Source: an uncultured Actinomycetota bacterium (GTDB lineage: Bacteria; Actinomycetota; UBA4738; HRBIN12). Taken from it: DNA of 64,000 bases. A model generated the notes under the pieces. It was not told the origin of the DNA, did no database searches, and worked only from the letters and a program-made list of their open reading frames with translations. Within the stretch, counting starts at the first letter, position 1, and each line of letters begins with the position of its first letter. Below, piece after piece: positions 9,420-19,617 of this stretch. The translations under genes were made by a program, and so were the position numbers. The DNA lies in assembly GCA_963737525.1 (NCBI GenBank), contig CAVTTD010000031.1, forward strand, positions 4,380 to 68,379, in the 5' to 3' direction.

Positions 9420-9841
9420 GCCCCGAGGAGCGGGAGCTCCGGTCGATGCTGGGCGAGGCCAAGGTGGTGGCCGTCGTCGGGATCTCCTCGAAACCGTGGC
9501 GTCCTTCGCACGAGGTCGCCTCGTACCTGCAACACCACGGCTATCGGATCGTGCCGGTGAACCCGAACGAGCAAGAGGTTCTGGGAGAGCAGGTGTACGC
9601 CTCCCTCCTCGATATCCCGGAAGAGATCCACGTCGATGTGGTGGACGTGTTCCGGCGAGCGGAGCACACACCGGAGGTGGCGCGAGACGCCGTGGCGATC
9701 GGGGCGCGGACGCTCTGGCTCCAGGAAGGGATCGTGAGCGATGAGGCGGCCAGGATCGCCTCCGAGGGTGGCCTCGAGGTGATCATGGGGGTCTGCATCA
9801 TGAAGGTCCGCGAACGACTGATGGCACGAGGGGGAAGCTGA
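9404..9841 (+). CDS. CoA-binding domain protein (YccU/YneT-like)
   Basis: 145 aa. KVVAVVGISSKPWRPSHEVASYLQHHGYRIVPVNP is the typical CoA_binding_2 N-terminus. The GTG start overlaps the NUDIX gene by 16 nt. Confidence 0.8.
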   Translation: MGLELSPEERELRSMLGEAKVVAVVGISSKPWRPSHEVASYLQHHGYRIVPVNPNEQEVLGEQVYASLLDIPEEIHVDVVDVFRRAEHTPEVARDAVAIGARTLWLQEGIVSDEAARIASEGGLEVIMGVCIMKVRERLMARGGS

Positions 9842-9842
9842 G

Positions 9843-10004
9843 ATGAAGTGGGAGTACTTCGTCGCACCGTTGCTCGAGCACAACCCCGGCGAGATCTTGA
9901 ACAACTTCGGGGAGGACGGCTGGGAGCTCGTGACGATCCTCCAGCAGCAGACGCCGGCCGGGGGCGTTTCGATGGTCGCCTACCTGAAGCGGCAAGCCAC
10001 CTAG
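9843..10004 (+). CDS. Small conserved protein, DUF4177-like (53 aa); below the ORF-track length cut-off
   Basis: ATG 9843 lies 1 nt after the upstream stop. Translation is MKWEYFVAPLLEHNPGEILNNFGEDGWELVTILQQQTPAGGVSMVAYLKRQAT, with TAG at 10002-10004. The codon usage is coding-like and it fills an otherwise empty gap. Confidence 0.5.
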   Translation: MKWEYFVAPLLEHNPGEILNNFGEDGWELVTILQQQTPAGGVSMVAYLKRQAT

Positions 10005-10020
10005 CGCAGAGGGTTGCACG

Positions 10021-10653
10021 ATGCTCCGGATCGACCACGTCGTGCTCGCCGTTCGCGATCTCGACGTGTCCGCCGAACGCCTCTGGGGCGAACACGGACT
10101 GCGCTTCGTCGCGGGCGGACGGCATCCGCGATGGGGGACCGCCAACATGATCGCGCCGCTCGGGAGCGACTACGTCGAACTGTTGAGCGTCGTCGACGGG
10201 GACGTCGCGTCGAACACGGCGCTGGGGAGGACCCTCATGGAGCTGTCCGGAGATGGTGATCGCTGGTTCTCCGTGTGCCTCGCCGACGATGACATCGACG
10301 CGACGGCCGCCAGGCTGGGCCTGACGGTCCAGCCGGGGGCGCGAACCCGCCCCGACGGCACCGAGGTGCGCTGGCGGGGCGCGGGGATCGAGGACCGCGG
10401 GGACGACCTCTGGCTCCCGTTCTTCATCTCGTGGGACGTCCCGCGGGAGCTCCACCCCGGCGCCGCGCCCGCCGAGCATCGGGTGGACGCCGTCGGGATC
10501 GCATGGGCCGAGGTCGGCGGGGACGAGGCTCGGCTGGGCGACTGGTTGGCCGGAGCGGACGTGCCGATCCGCGTCGTGGACGACGCGGATCGGCGCGTCC
10601 GCGCGGTCGGGATCTCGCTCCGCGACGGGAGCGAGATCGTGATCCGCGGCTAG
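10021..10653 (+). CDS. VOC/glyoxalase-like domain protein
   Basis: 210 aa. MLRIDHVVLAVRDLDVSAERL is a typical glyoxalase-fold start, and a second half-domain ends in LWLPFFISW. Confidence 0.7.
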   Translation: MLRIDHVVLAVRDLDVSAERLWGEHGLRFVAGGRHPRWGTANMIAPLGSDYVELLSVVDGDVASNTALGRTLMELSGDGDRWFSVCLADDDIDATAARLGLTVQPGARTRPDGTEVRWRGAGIEDRGDDLWLPFFISWDVPRELHPGAAPAEHRVDAVGIAWAEVGGDEARLGDWLAGADVPIRVVDDADRRVRAVGISLRDGSEIVIRG

Positions 10654-11775
10654 CCCAGGGCCTGGTCGAGATCGGCGATCAGATCGTCGACGTGCTCGAT
10701 CCCGACCGAGATCCGCACGAGCTCTGGCGTCACCGCGAGGTTCGACCCCGCCGTGCTCGCGTGGGTCATCGGCAACGGCATCTCGATCAGCGACTCGACG
10801 CCGCCGAGCGACTCCGCCAGGAAGAACAGCTCGGTGTGCTCCACGAGGTGGACGGCGCGCTCCTCCGACTCGACCTCGATCGAGATCATCCCACCGAAGC
10901 CGGACATCTGGCGGGCGGCGACGTCGTGGTTCGGATGCGACTCGAGGCCGGGGTAGTTCACCTTCCGGATCGCCGGATGGGCGTCGAGCCAGCGGGCGAT
11001 CGCCTCGGCGTTGCGGCAGTGGGCTTCCATGCGGATCGACAGGGTCTTCAGGCCTCGGAGCGCGAGGTAGGAGTCCATCGGGCCCGGCACGGCGCCGATC
11101 GCGTTGACCAGGAACTCGAGGCGCTCGCCCCACTCGGGATCCTTCGCGACGATCGCGCCGCCGATCAGGTCGGAGTGTCCGCCCAGGTACTTCGTCACGC
11201 TGTGGACGACGAGGTCCGCCCCGAGCGCGATCGGCCGCTGCAGTGCCGGCGTCGCGAACGTGTTGTCGACCACGACCAGCGCGCCGGCCTCGTGGGCGAC
11301 GGCTGACACCGCCTCGATGTCCACGATCTTCAGGTGCGGGTTGGACGGAGTCTCGACCCAGACGAAGCGAGTCTCGCGGGCGGAGCTGGCGACGCATCGA
11401 ATCGAGGTCGGCCAGGTCGCAGGTGTCGTGCTCCAGGCCCCAGCCTTTGAGGACCTTGTCCAGCAGCCGGAACGTGCCGCCGTACACGTCGTCGCCGAGG
11501 AGCACGTGATCCCCTGGCGCGAGAGAGAGGAGCAGCGACGACTCCGCGCCGAGGCCGCTCCCGAACGCGAGGCAGCGCTCGCCGCCCTCGAGGGCGGCGA
11601 GCGCTGCCTCGAACGCCGCCCGGGTTGGGTTGCCGCCGCGCGCGTAGTCCCAGAGCTTCGGCTTCCCGACCCCGTCCTGCGCGTACGTCGACGTCTGGTA
11701 GATCGGGACGTTCACCGAGCCGTAGAGGCCCTCGGGATCTTGTCCCGCATGGATCGCGGCCGTCTCGAACCTCAT
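10650..11775 (-). CDS. PLP-dependent cystathionine gamma-lyase/synthase (Cys/Met metabolism family), frameshifted
   Basis: The N-terminal MRFETAAIHAGQDPEGLYGSVNVPIYQTSTY...GGNPT lies in the frame of ORF 9541..11799. The C-terminal 224 aa lie in ORF 10650..11324 and include the PLP-lysine block HSVTKYLGGHSD. The junction is near 11372-11378 (expected RPETRFVWVETPSNP). Confidence 0.85.
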
Positions 11776-12614
11776 CGGACCTCGGGGGGTAGCTCCCATC
11801 CTCGTCTCCTCAGCTCATCGGTGGCGTCTCGGCCTTCGCGGGCGAGTCGCCACAGCATGGACTTGCGCTTGGCGTCGTGACCGGGCGCGAACTCCGCTCG
11901 GGTGAGCTCCTGGCACCCTGGATCCCCGCATCCGCAGAAGCGGAACAGGGGCGTGGCCGGGGTCATGACCTCCTCGACACAGGCGAGGTACGGGCGAGCG
12001 GGAAGCGTGACGACCGGGAGCACGATGGCTCCTTCCCGCGGGTCACCAGGGGCGAAGTGCTTGCCCTGCAAGGCGAGGAGGCCCGTCAGCGCACAGAGCC
12101 CTGCGTCGATCAGATCCCCGGATCGCAGCTCGTCGGTCGGGACGCCTTGCGACCGCAGGACACCTTCGCGCCAGGTCCTCTTCCCAACCCCCTTCGGCCG
12201 GAGGCACCCGGTCAGGACGGTCGCACTGCCGTGTGGGAACACCTCCATCGCGGTGCCTCGTGGGTCGCCGGCGGCGTAGCGCGGGAACCCCGCCCTCGCC
12301 GCCGCCCGGAACACGCGGAAACCGACCTCCATCCACTCGTAGAAGCGAACGCCCTTGCCCCGCGACGCCGCCGGCGTGTTGAAGCTGTGGATGTTGAACT
12401 CCGCGAGCGTTCGCTCCGTCAGGCGCGAGCCGCCGCGTTGCGCCCACCCCGGAGGCGAGTCGATCGCGATCGCGTCGGGCGCCAGCTCGTCGATCAGCCC
12501 GGGCAGGCGGTCGAGTCCGACCCGCGGTACGACGGAGAGGGGTACGCGTCGCTCGTCCATCAGCACCAGGTCGAGGCCCTTGCCGACGCCGACGTCGATC
12601 CCCAGGGCGCGCAC
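11772..12614 (-). CDS. Hypothetical protein, DUF429-like (RNase H-fold predicted nuclease) with Cys-rich C-terminal tail
   Basis: 280 aa. The N-terminus MRALGIDVGVGKG and the block AIAIDSPPGW resemble the DUF429 / RNase H-like pattern. The C-terminus carries FRFCGCGDPGC...APGHDAKRK. It is coupled by an ATGA overlap (11772-11775) to the downstream lyase gene. The family call is tentative. Confidence 0.45.
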   Translation of the reverse strand: MRALGIDVGVGKGLDLVLMDERRVPLSVVPRVGLDRLPGLIDELAPDAIAIDSPPGWAQRGGSRLTERTLAEFNIHSFNTPAASRGKGVRFYEWMEVGFRVFRAAARAGFPRYAAGDPRGTAMEVFPHGSATVLTGCLRPKGVGKRTWREGVLRSQGVPTDELRSGDLIDAGLCALTGLLALQGKHFAPGDPREGAIVLPVVTLPARPYLACVEEVMTPATPLFRFCGCGDPGCQELTRAEFAPGHDAKRKSMLWRLAREGRDATDELRRRGWELPPEVR

Positions 12615-12623
12615 GGGCGCAGA

Positions 12624-13999
12624 CTACGCCCGGCGCTGGCGAGCGAGGAACTCGAGAAGGTCGCTCCGGGTCAACACGCCGAGCGCTTGGCCCGCTTTGG
12701 TGACGACCAGGGCCGAGGTGCGTTCGAGCTCCGCGAACGCCATCTCCACCGGCTCGTCCCACTCGACCATGGGGATCGGCGGGCCCATCGCCTCGGCGAC
12801 GTCCGACTGCAGTGCGTCCGGGTCGCGGAACACCCGCTCCAAGAGTTCGCGGTCCCGGATCGACCCCACGAACTGGGAGACCTCGGTCGACTCCTCGCGG
12901 ACCACCGGCGCCTGCGAGATCCCGTGTTCCTGCAAGGTCTCCACGGCCTGACGCACCTTGTCGTGCGCGTTCACGGTGACGAGCGCGGGGGTTTCACCGG
13001 ATTTCGCCGAGAGGACCTCCTCGACGCGAACCACCTCGGGTCGCTCGAGCATCCCGTGCTGCAGCATCCACGTGTCGGAGTACAGCTTCGACATGTACTG
13101 CCGTCCCGAGTCCGGGAGCAACACGACGATCGTCGCCTCCGGATCATCGAGCTCTCGGGCCACCTGCGAGCGCCGCGAACACGGCCGTGCCGCTCGAGCC
13201 CTCCGACGAGGATGCCTTCCCGGCGGGTGATGGCGCGCGCCGTCAGGAACGAGTCCCGGTCGGACACGCGCACGTATCGATCCACCACCGAGGGGTCGAA
13301 CGTCGACGGGAAGAAGTCCTCGCCGATGCCTTCGACGAGGTACGGCCGCGGGGTGTCGCCGGAGTAGAGCGATCCCTCCGGGTCGGCCCCCACCACGAGG
13401 ATGTCCGGGTTCTGTTCCTTCAGGTAACGGCCCGCGCCGGAGATCGTGCCGCCGGTGCCCACACCGCACACGAAGGCGGTGAGTCGCCCTTCGGTCTGCT
13501 TCCAGATCTCCGGGCCGGTCGTGTCGTAGTGGGTCTGCGGATTCACCGGGTTGTGGTACTGGTTCGGCTGGAAGGCTCCCGGGATCTCCGCCGCCAGGCG
13601 GTCGGCCACGCGGTAGTAGCTCTCGGGGGATTCGGGCGAGACGGCGGTGGGGCAGATCACGACCTCGGCGCCGTAGGCCCGGAGCAGCGAGATCTTCTCC
13701 TGGCTCATCTTGTCCGGCATCACGAAGATGCAGCGGTACCCGCGGATCGCGGCGGCGATCGCCAGACCGTGACCGGTGTTGCCCGACGTGGGCTCGACGA
13801 TCGTCCCGCCCGGCTTGAGGAGTCCCTCCCGCTCCGCCGCCTCGATCATCCGGACCCCGATCCGGTCCTTGACGGAGCCCCCGGGATTCAACATCTCGAG
13901 CTTGGCGAGGATCGTGGGCTTGACGCCACGCGTCACCGCTCGCAGGCGGACCAACGGGGTGTCACCCATCGCGTCGAGGAACGTGTCGAGCAACGGCAT
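12624..13999 (-). CDS. cbs: Cystathionine beta-synthase (PLP domain plus C-terminal CBS pair), two 1-nt insertions
   Basis: ORF 12971..14044 supplies the PLP domain (LNPGGSVKDR, TSGNTGHGLA, GVGTGGTISG). ORF 12624..13469 supplies the CBS-pair tail. Reading REGILVGGSSGTAVFAALQVARELDDP requires two +1 shifts, at about 13199 (GGG) and about 13167. Start is taken at ATG 13999 (MPLLDTF). Confidence 0.85.
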
Positions 14000-14105
14000 G
14001 GCGTCTCCTTCACGGCCGGAAGAGACCGGGCCCCATCGTGCCACGCGGTGGAAGGAACGTCCCGTTCCCTACCCGGCGGGCTCTCCTTGTGGCGGTAGAG
14101 TGCCG

Positions 14106-15149
14106 ATGTTCCAGGACGAGGACACTCCTCGGAGCACGGGAGACACGGTGACGGACGAAGAATCCCCAGAGGAACAGGCGCCACAGGAGCGGGTGATCTC
14201 GGACGACGACCCGGGTGGCGGAGGAGAGAGCCTCCTCGTCGTCGACGACGACCCGTTCATCGCGCGCCTCCTCGAGATCGAACTGAAGGCGGCGGGCTAC
14301 GACGTCCGCGTCGCGAGCGACGGTGAGCAGGCCCTCGTCGCCGCGCAGGAGCGCCCGCCGCAGCTGGTGCTCGCCGACGTGATGATGCCCAACATGGACG
14401 GGTTCGAGCTGACCCGCCGTCTGCGCCAGGATCCGAGGACGGCCACCGTCTCCGTCATCATGCTGACCGCTCGCGGCCTGTCGGCCGACAAGCTGGAGGG
14501 TTTCGCGATCGGGGCGGACGACTACATCGTGAAGCCCTTCGATACGCCCGAGCTCCTCGCTCGGATCCGAGGCGTGCTCAACCGCGCGAGCGACAAGCGA
14601 GCGCTTTCGCCGATGACCGGCCTGGCCGGCAACGTGGCGATCGAGGACGAGATCGAAGGACTGGTCGCCGCGGGCGACCCGTTCGCGGTCCTCTACGTCG
14701 ACCTCGACCGGTTCAAGTCGTACAACGACCGGTACGGGTTCCTCCGCGGAGACGAGGCGATCCGCGAGACGGCTCGAGTGATCGGCGAGGCCGCCACGCA
14801 GATCGTCGGGGCGGACACCTTCGTCGGTCACGCGGGCGGGGACGACTTCGTGGTCGTCGTGCCGCCCGAGCAGGCCACGGCGGTCGCACAGCAGATCGTC
14901 CAGGCGTTCGACGACATGGTGCCGGCGCTCTACGACGTGGACGACCGGACCAACGGGTACGTCGAGGTCACGAACCGGCGGGGCGATCTCCAACGGTTCC
15001 CGCTGATGACCCTCTCGATCGGGATCGCGTCGACGGAGAAGCGGGCGTTCCGGCACTACGCCGAGGCGATCACCGTGGCGATGGAGATGAAGCAGTACAC
15101 GAAGGACTCCGGCGCCTCTTCGTGGTCCATCGATCGTCGCACGAGCTGA
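14106..15149 (+). CDS. Response regulator with GGDEF-type output domain (variant GGDDF motif)
   Basis: In-frame ATG 14106 lies within ORF 13776..15149. The REC domain reads LLVVDDD...LVLADVMMPNMDG...YIVKPF. The GGDEF domain reads YVDLDRFKSYNDRYGFLRGDEAI and HAGGDDF (nt 14835-14849). No RxxD I-site is seen upstream of the motif. Confidence 0.8.
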   Translation: MFQDEDTPRSTGDTVTDEESPEEQAPQERVISDDDPGGGGESLLVVDDDPFIARLLEIELKAAGYDVRVASDGEQALVAAQERPPQLVLADVMMPNMDGFELTRRLRQDPRTATVSVIMLTARGLSADKLEGFAIGADDYIVKPFDTPELLARIRGVLNRASDKRALSPMTGLAGNVAIEDEIEGLVAAGDPFAVLYVDLDRFKSYNDRYGFLRGDEAIRETARVIGEAATQIVGADTFVGHAGGDDFVVVVPPEQATAVAQQIVQAFDDMVPALYDVDDRTNGYVEVTNRRGDLQRFPLMTLSIGIASTEKRAFRHYAEAITVAMEMKQYTKDSGASSWSIDRRTS

Positions 15150-15194
15150 CCGCTGAACGCTGAGCATCGAGCCGCGCGGCGCCGACACCCGGTC

Positions 15195-15647
15195 GTGATC
15201 GAGGTCTCCGACACGATGCCCGGTCCCCCCGAGGTCGTCTGGGCGCTGATCACGGACTGGGAACACCAGGACGACTGGATGCTGGAAGCCTCCGACTTCG
15301 AGGTCGTCGGCGAGCAACGGGAGGGCGTCGGCGTCGAGTCGCGCGCGACCGTGCGGATCGCGGGCATCCGGACGCGGGACACGGTGCGGGTGAGCATGTG
15401 GGAACCGCCGCGGATCCTCGTGATCGACCACCTCGGATGGGTGAAAGGGTCGGGTGAGATCCAGCTCCAGCCCGTCGCGGAGGGGACCCGGATGCGCTGG
15501 CGGGAGACGCTGTTCCCGCCATCGAAGCTGGGTCCGCTCGGTCGGCTCGGCCTCCGGCTGACGTCGCCCTTGATGCGACGCATCTTCCGGCGGGATCTCC
15601 GGGTCCTGCGGAGCCTCGTCCGCACCCGCTCCGCGGACGGTTCCTGA
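15195..15647 (+). CDS. SRPBCC/START-fold protein (polyketide cyclase/dehydrase-like)
   Basis: 150 aa. The PPEVVWALITDWEHQDDW start is typical of the Polyketide_cyc2 / SRPBCC fold. Confidence 0.7.
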   Translation: MIEVSDTMPGPPEVVWALITDWEHQDDWMLEASDFEVVGEQREGVGVESRATVRIAGIRTRDTVRVSMWEPPRILVIDHLGWVKGSGEIQLQPVAEGTRMRWRETLFPPSKLGPLGRLGLRLTSPLMRRIFRRDLRVLRSLVRTRSADGS

Positions 15648-15651
15648 CGGA

Positions 15652-16851
15652 TCAGTCGAGCGGGGCCGGCCGGGCGAAGTAGAAACCCTGCCCGTAAGGG
15701 ACGCCGAGCTCGCGCAATGCCGCGAGCTCGGCGACCGTTTCGATCCCCTCCGCCACGATCGTCATGTTCGTCTCGCCGGCGAACGAGATCAGCGCGGCGG
15801 CGAGTGCCCGACGGCCCGGATCGCGGTCGACGCCCCTGGTGAGCGAGATATCCATCTTCACCATGTCGGGCGCGAGCTGGAGCGCGTGGCGGAGACTCGC
15901 GTAACCGGCGCCGACGTCGTCGACGGCCACGCGAAGGCCGCGTTCGCGGAGCGGCGCGAGCGCCTGCGCGAGGGCGCCGTAATCGTCGATCTCCTCGTGT
16001 TCCGTGATCTCCAGGACGATGCGGTGCTCGACGCCTTCGAGCCGATCGACCAACTCGGGCGACCCGGCCGTGTGATGCGAGCTGTTCACCGAGAGGAACA
16101 TCCCGTCGGGGATCTTCGGGAGGCCTTGCAGTGCTTCGTTGATCGTCCGGAGCTCCAGCTGGAGGCCGAGCTCGATGGCCGTCGCCTGGGCGAACCACTG
16201 GTCCGGGGGCTTCGCGGGGATCGATCCGAACCGGGCCAGGGCCTCGACCCCGACCTCCTCGCCCGTCTCGAGGTCGACGATCGGTTGGAAGACCATCCAC
16301 ACGCCGTGGCCCGACACGAACCGTTCGATGTCGCCGCGGAGGGCGCGGTCGGTGTCTCGTTCGATCTCTTCCCGGCGGAGCTGGGTCGCGAGCTCCGCGA
16401 CGACGCCACTCATCACCTCGGCCGAGAGGCTGGTGCCGCCTTGCGCCACGTTCTCGATCCCCTGGACGAGCTCGTCGACCGCCGTGCCCTTGACGAGGTA
16501 CCCCACCGCGCCCGCCCGGAGCATCTCGAGGACGTTCGCCCGGTCCTCGTAGGCGGAGAGCGCGATGACCCGGGTCGCCGGCGAGACGCGAGAGATGCCG
16601 CGAGCCGCGTGCGGTCCACCGCCCGCCGGCATGCGGACGTCGACGAGCGCGACGTCCGGCAGACCCGCCTCGGCGATCCGGATCGCCTCCTCGGCGTCGC
16701 CGGCCGTCCCGATCAGCTCGACACGGTCCTCGTGGCTCAGCAGTTCCGTGAGGGCGATCCGCAGGCCGGGTTCGTCATCGGCCAGCAGCACCCGGATCGG
16801 TTCTGACGAGGGGAGGGCGCCCGCATCGAGGAGGGTTCCGTCGGAGGCCAT
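15652..16851 (-). CDS. Response regulator with EAL (c-di-GMP phosphodiesterase) output domain
   Basis: This is the in-frame ATG 16851 (MASDGTLL) portion of ORF 15652..18222. The REC domain reads RVLLADDEP...VALVDVRMP. EAL motifs are all present: GVEALARF, VNSS, EITEHE, DDVGAGYASL, EGIET, QGFYFARP. The upstream 457 codons of the listed ORF are antisense to hutU. Confidence 0.85.
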   Translation of the reverse strand: MASDGTLLDAGALPSSEPIRVLLADDEPGLRIALTELLSHEDRVELIGTAGDAEEAIRIAEAGLPDVALVDVRMPAGGGPHAARGISRVSPATRVIALSAYEDRANVLEMLRAGAVGYLVKGTAVDELVQGIENVAQGGTSLSAEVMSGVVAELATQLRREEIERDTDRALRGDIERFVSGHGVWMVFQPIVDLETGEEVGVEALARFGSIPAKPPDQWFAQATAIELGLQLELRTINEALQGLPKIPDGMFLSVNSSHHTAGSPELVDRLEGVEHRIVLEITEHEEIDDYGALAQALAPLRERGLRVAVDDVGAGYASLRHALQLAPDMVKMDISLTRGVDRDPGRRALAAALISFAGETNMTIVAEGIETVAELAALRELGVPYGQGFYFARPAPLD

Positions 16852-16953
16852 CGCGCGGACGCTACCTGCCAAACCGAGGCCGCTCAAGCACTCGGGTAGC
16901 ATCCCTGCCGTAGCCCAGATGGACGTTCCCCGATCCGGGGGTATCCCTCGAAG

Positions 16954-18616
16954 GTGATGCAGATGGACGCTCACGAGGTGCGCGCGCCGAGAGGATCCGA
17001 GCTGAGCTGCCGCTCGTGGCCGCAGGAGGCCGCGATGCGGATGCTGATGAACAACCTCGACCCCGAGGTCGCGGAGCGGCCAGAGGATCTCGTCGTCTAC
17101 GGCGGGACCGGCCGGGCCGCGCGATCCTGGGAAGCGTACGAGGCGATCGTCCGGTCGCTGAAGGAACTCGGTGACGACGAGACCCTCCTGGTCCAGTCGG
17201 GGAAGCCGGTGGGCGTGTTCCGCACGCACGAGATGGCGCCACGCGTCCTGATCTCGAACGCGATGCTCGTCCCCAAGTGGGCGGACTGGGACACGTTCCG
17301 CGAGCTCGAGGACGCGGGACTCACGATGTACGGCCAGATGACGGCCGGTTCGTGGATCTACATCGGGACGCAGGGCATCCTGCAAGGCACCTACGAGACC
17401 CTCGCCGAGTGCGCGACGCAGCGGTTCGGCGGCACGCTGGCCGGCACCATCACGCTGACCGGCGGGCTCGGGGGGATGGGCGGAGCTCAGCCGCTCGCCG
17501 TGACGATGAACGGAGGTGTCGCGATCTGCGTCGAGATCGACCCCGAGCGGATCGAGCGCCGCATCAAGACCCGATATCTCGATCGCGAGACGGCGTCGCT
17601 GGATGAGGCGCTGACATGGGCCGATGAAGCGAAGTCTGCCCGCGAGCCCTCTCGATCGGGTTGCTCGGGAACTGCGCCGAGGTCGAGCCGGACCTCCTGG
17701 CGCGAGGCTTCCGGCCCGACATCGTGACCGATCAGACGAGCGCGCACGACCCGCTGGGTGGCTACGTCCCGGCGGGGCTGAGCCTCGAGGATGCCTCGGC
17801 GCTCCGTGGACGGGACCCGGACGACTACCAGCGACGCTCGCAGGCATCCATGGCTCGTCACGTGGAGGCCATGGTCGGCTTCCTCGATGCGGGATCCGTC
17901 GTGTTCGACTACGGGAACAACCTCCGAGCGGGCGCCGAGGCGGGCGGCTTCGAGCGGGCGTACGCCTACCCGGGCTTCGTCCCGGCCTTCGTCCGCCCGA
18001 TGTTCTGCGAGGGCAAGGGCCCGTTCCGGTGGGCGGCGCTCTCCGGCGACCCGGAGGACATCGAGAAGACGGACCGGGCCGTCGCCGAGCTGTTCCCCGA
18101 GGACGAGCGGCTGCTTGCGATGGCTCGCGCATGGCCGAGGAGCGGGTGGCGTTCCAAGGGCTTCCGGCGCGCATCTGCTGGCTCGGATACGGGCAGCGTG
18201 CCAAGGCCGGGTTGCGGTTCAACGAGATGGTCGCGAGCGGCGAGCTCTCCGCGCCGATCGTGATCGGGCGCGACCATCTCGATAGCGGCTCCGTTGCCTC
18301 GCCCTACCGGGAGACCGAGGGGATGAAGGACGGCTCGGACGCGATCGCCGACTGGCCGATCCTGAACGCGCTGATCAACACCGCGGCCGGTGCCCACTGG
18401 GTGAGCGTGCACCACGGCGGCGGCGTGGGGATCGGCTACTCGATCCACGCCGGCATGGTGGTCGTGGCGGACGGCTCGGAGAACGCGGCCGCGCGGCTGG
18501 AGCGCGTCCTCACGACCGATCCCGGGACCGGCGTGATCAGGCACGCGGACGCCGGGTACGACCGGGCGATCGAGGTGGCGGCCGCGCGTGGCGTGCGGCT
18601 GCCCTGGCGCGAGTGA
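16954..18616 (+). CDS. hutU: Urocanate hydratase, three 1-nt indels
   Basis: It is assembled from ORFs 16954..17727, 17661..18263 and 17624..18616. Motifs include [62 protein letters not shown] and [11 protein letters not shown]. Shifts occur at CCC 17647-17649 (CCCC expected), about 18117 and about 18133, which restores [18 protein letters not shown]. Confidence 0.9.
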
Positions 18617-18656
18617 TACCGGCGGCAGGAACGCGGCACGGCGCTAGGCTCGAACC

Positions 18657-19607
18657 GTGAAGGTCATCGAGCACCTCGCGAACGCGACCAAGCCGCTGGT
18701 GAGCGTCGAGATCATCCCGCCGCGCCGTGGCGGCAACGTCGAGCGCATCTACGAGGCCGTGTCCTCGCTGATGCCGTACGAGCCGCCGTTCATCGACATC
18801 ACGAGCCACGCGGCCGAGACGGTCTGGGACGAGATGCCCGGCGGGACGTATCGCCGGCGCGTGACGCGGAAGGCGCCGGGCACCTTCGGCCTCTGCGCGG
18901 CGATCAAGCATCGGTTCGACATCGACCCTGTGCCGCACGTCCTCTGCAACGGGTTCACGCGTGAGGAGACCGAGGACTCGCTGATCGAGCTGAACTACCT
19001 CGGGATCGAGAACGTCCTCGCGATCCGGGGCGACGGCGAGCGCCGCGTGCCGTCGGACGGGCGCAGCGCGAACGAGGGCGCACTCGAGCTCGTCGGTCAG
19101 GTGGCCGCGATGAATCGAGGCGAGTACCTCGAGGAGCTCGCCGAGTCGACGCCGACGAACTTCTGCATCGGCGTCGCCGCCTACCCCGAGAAGCACGAAG
19201 AGGCGCCGAACCTCGAGCGGGACATCGGCGTGCTCCTGGAGAAGCAGAGGGCGGGCGCCGAGTACGCCGTGACGCAGCTGTTCTACGACAACGAGGTGTT
19301 CTTCCGGTTCGTGAAGTCGTGCCGCGACCAGGGCGTGACCATCCCGATCATCCCGGGGCTGAAGATCCTCACGCGAAGGACCCACGTCACGAGCATCCCG
19401 AAGCACTTCAACGTCGCCGTGCCCGAGGGGCTGGTGGCCCAGGTGGCGGCGGCGACCGATGAAAGTGTCGCGGACGTGGGGGTCCGCTGGGCGTACGAGC
19501 AGACGCTCCAGCTCTTCGAGCAGGGCGTTCCGTCCGCGCACTTCTACGTGATGCAGGACACCGGCCCCTCGGTGTCGTTGCTGGAGATGCTGAAGAAGAG
19601 CCTCTAA
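18657..19607 (+). CDS. metF: Methylenetetrahydrofolate reductase
   Basis: 316 aa with a GTG start. The blocks SVEIIPPR, FIDITSH, ENVLAIRGD, IGVAAYPEKH and AVTQLFYD are typical of the MTHFR family. Confidence 0.9.
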   Translation: MKVIEHLANATKPLVSVEIIPPRRGGNVERIYEAVSSLMPYEPPFIDITSHAAETVWDEMPGGTYRRRVTRKAPGTFGLCAAIKHRFDIDPVPHVLCNGFTREETEDSLIELNYLGIENVLAIRGDGERRVPSDGRSANEGALELVGQVAAMNRGEYLEELAESTPTNFCIGVAAYPEKHEEAPNLERDIGVLLEKQRAGAEYAVTQLFYDNEVFFRFVKSCRDQGVTIPIIPGLKILTRRTHVTSIPKHFNVAVPEGLVAQVAAATDESVADVGVRWAYEQTLQLFEQGVPSAHFYVMQDTGPSVSLLEMLKKSL

Positions 19608-19617
19608 CTACGGAATC

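Noticed and set aside
9541-11799. The 752-aa minus-strand ORF read as a single gene.
   Set aside because: Only its first roughly 135 codons (cystathionine lyase N-terminus) are protein-like. After the frameshift near 11375 it becomes Arg/Pro-rich read-through, running antisense across the VOC, DUF4177 and CoA-binding genes.
16852-18222. The upstream 457 codons of the 856-aa minus-strand ORF 15652..18222.
   Set aside because: The composition is Arg/Pro/Gly/Ser low-complexity, and the stretch is antisense to the well-supported hutU. The REC-EAL protein starts at ATG 16851.
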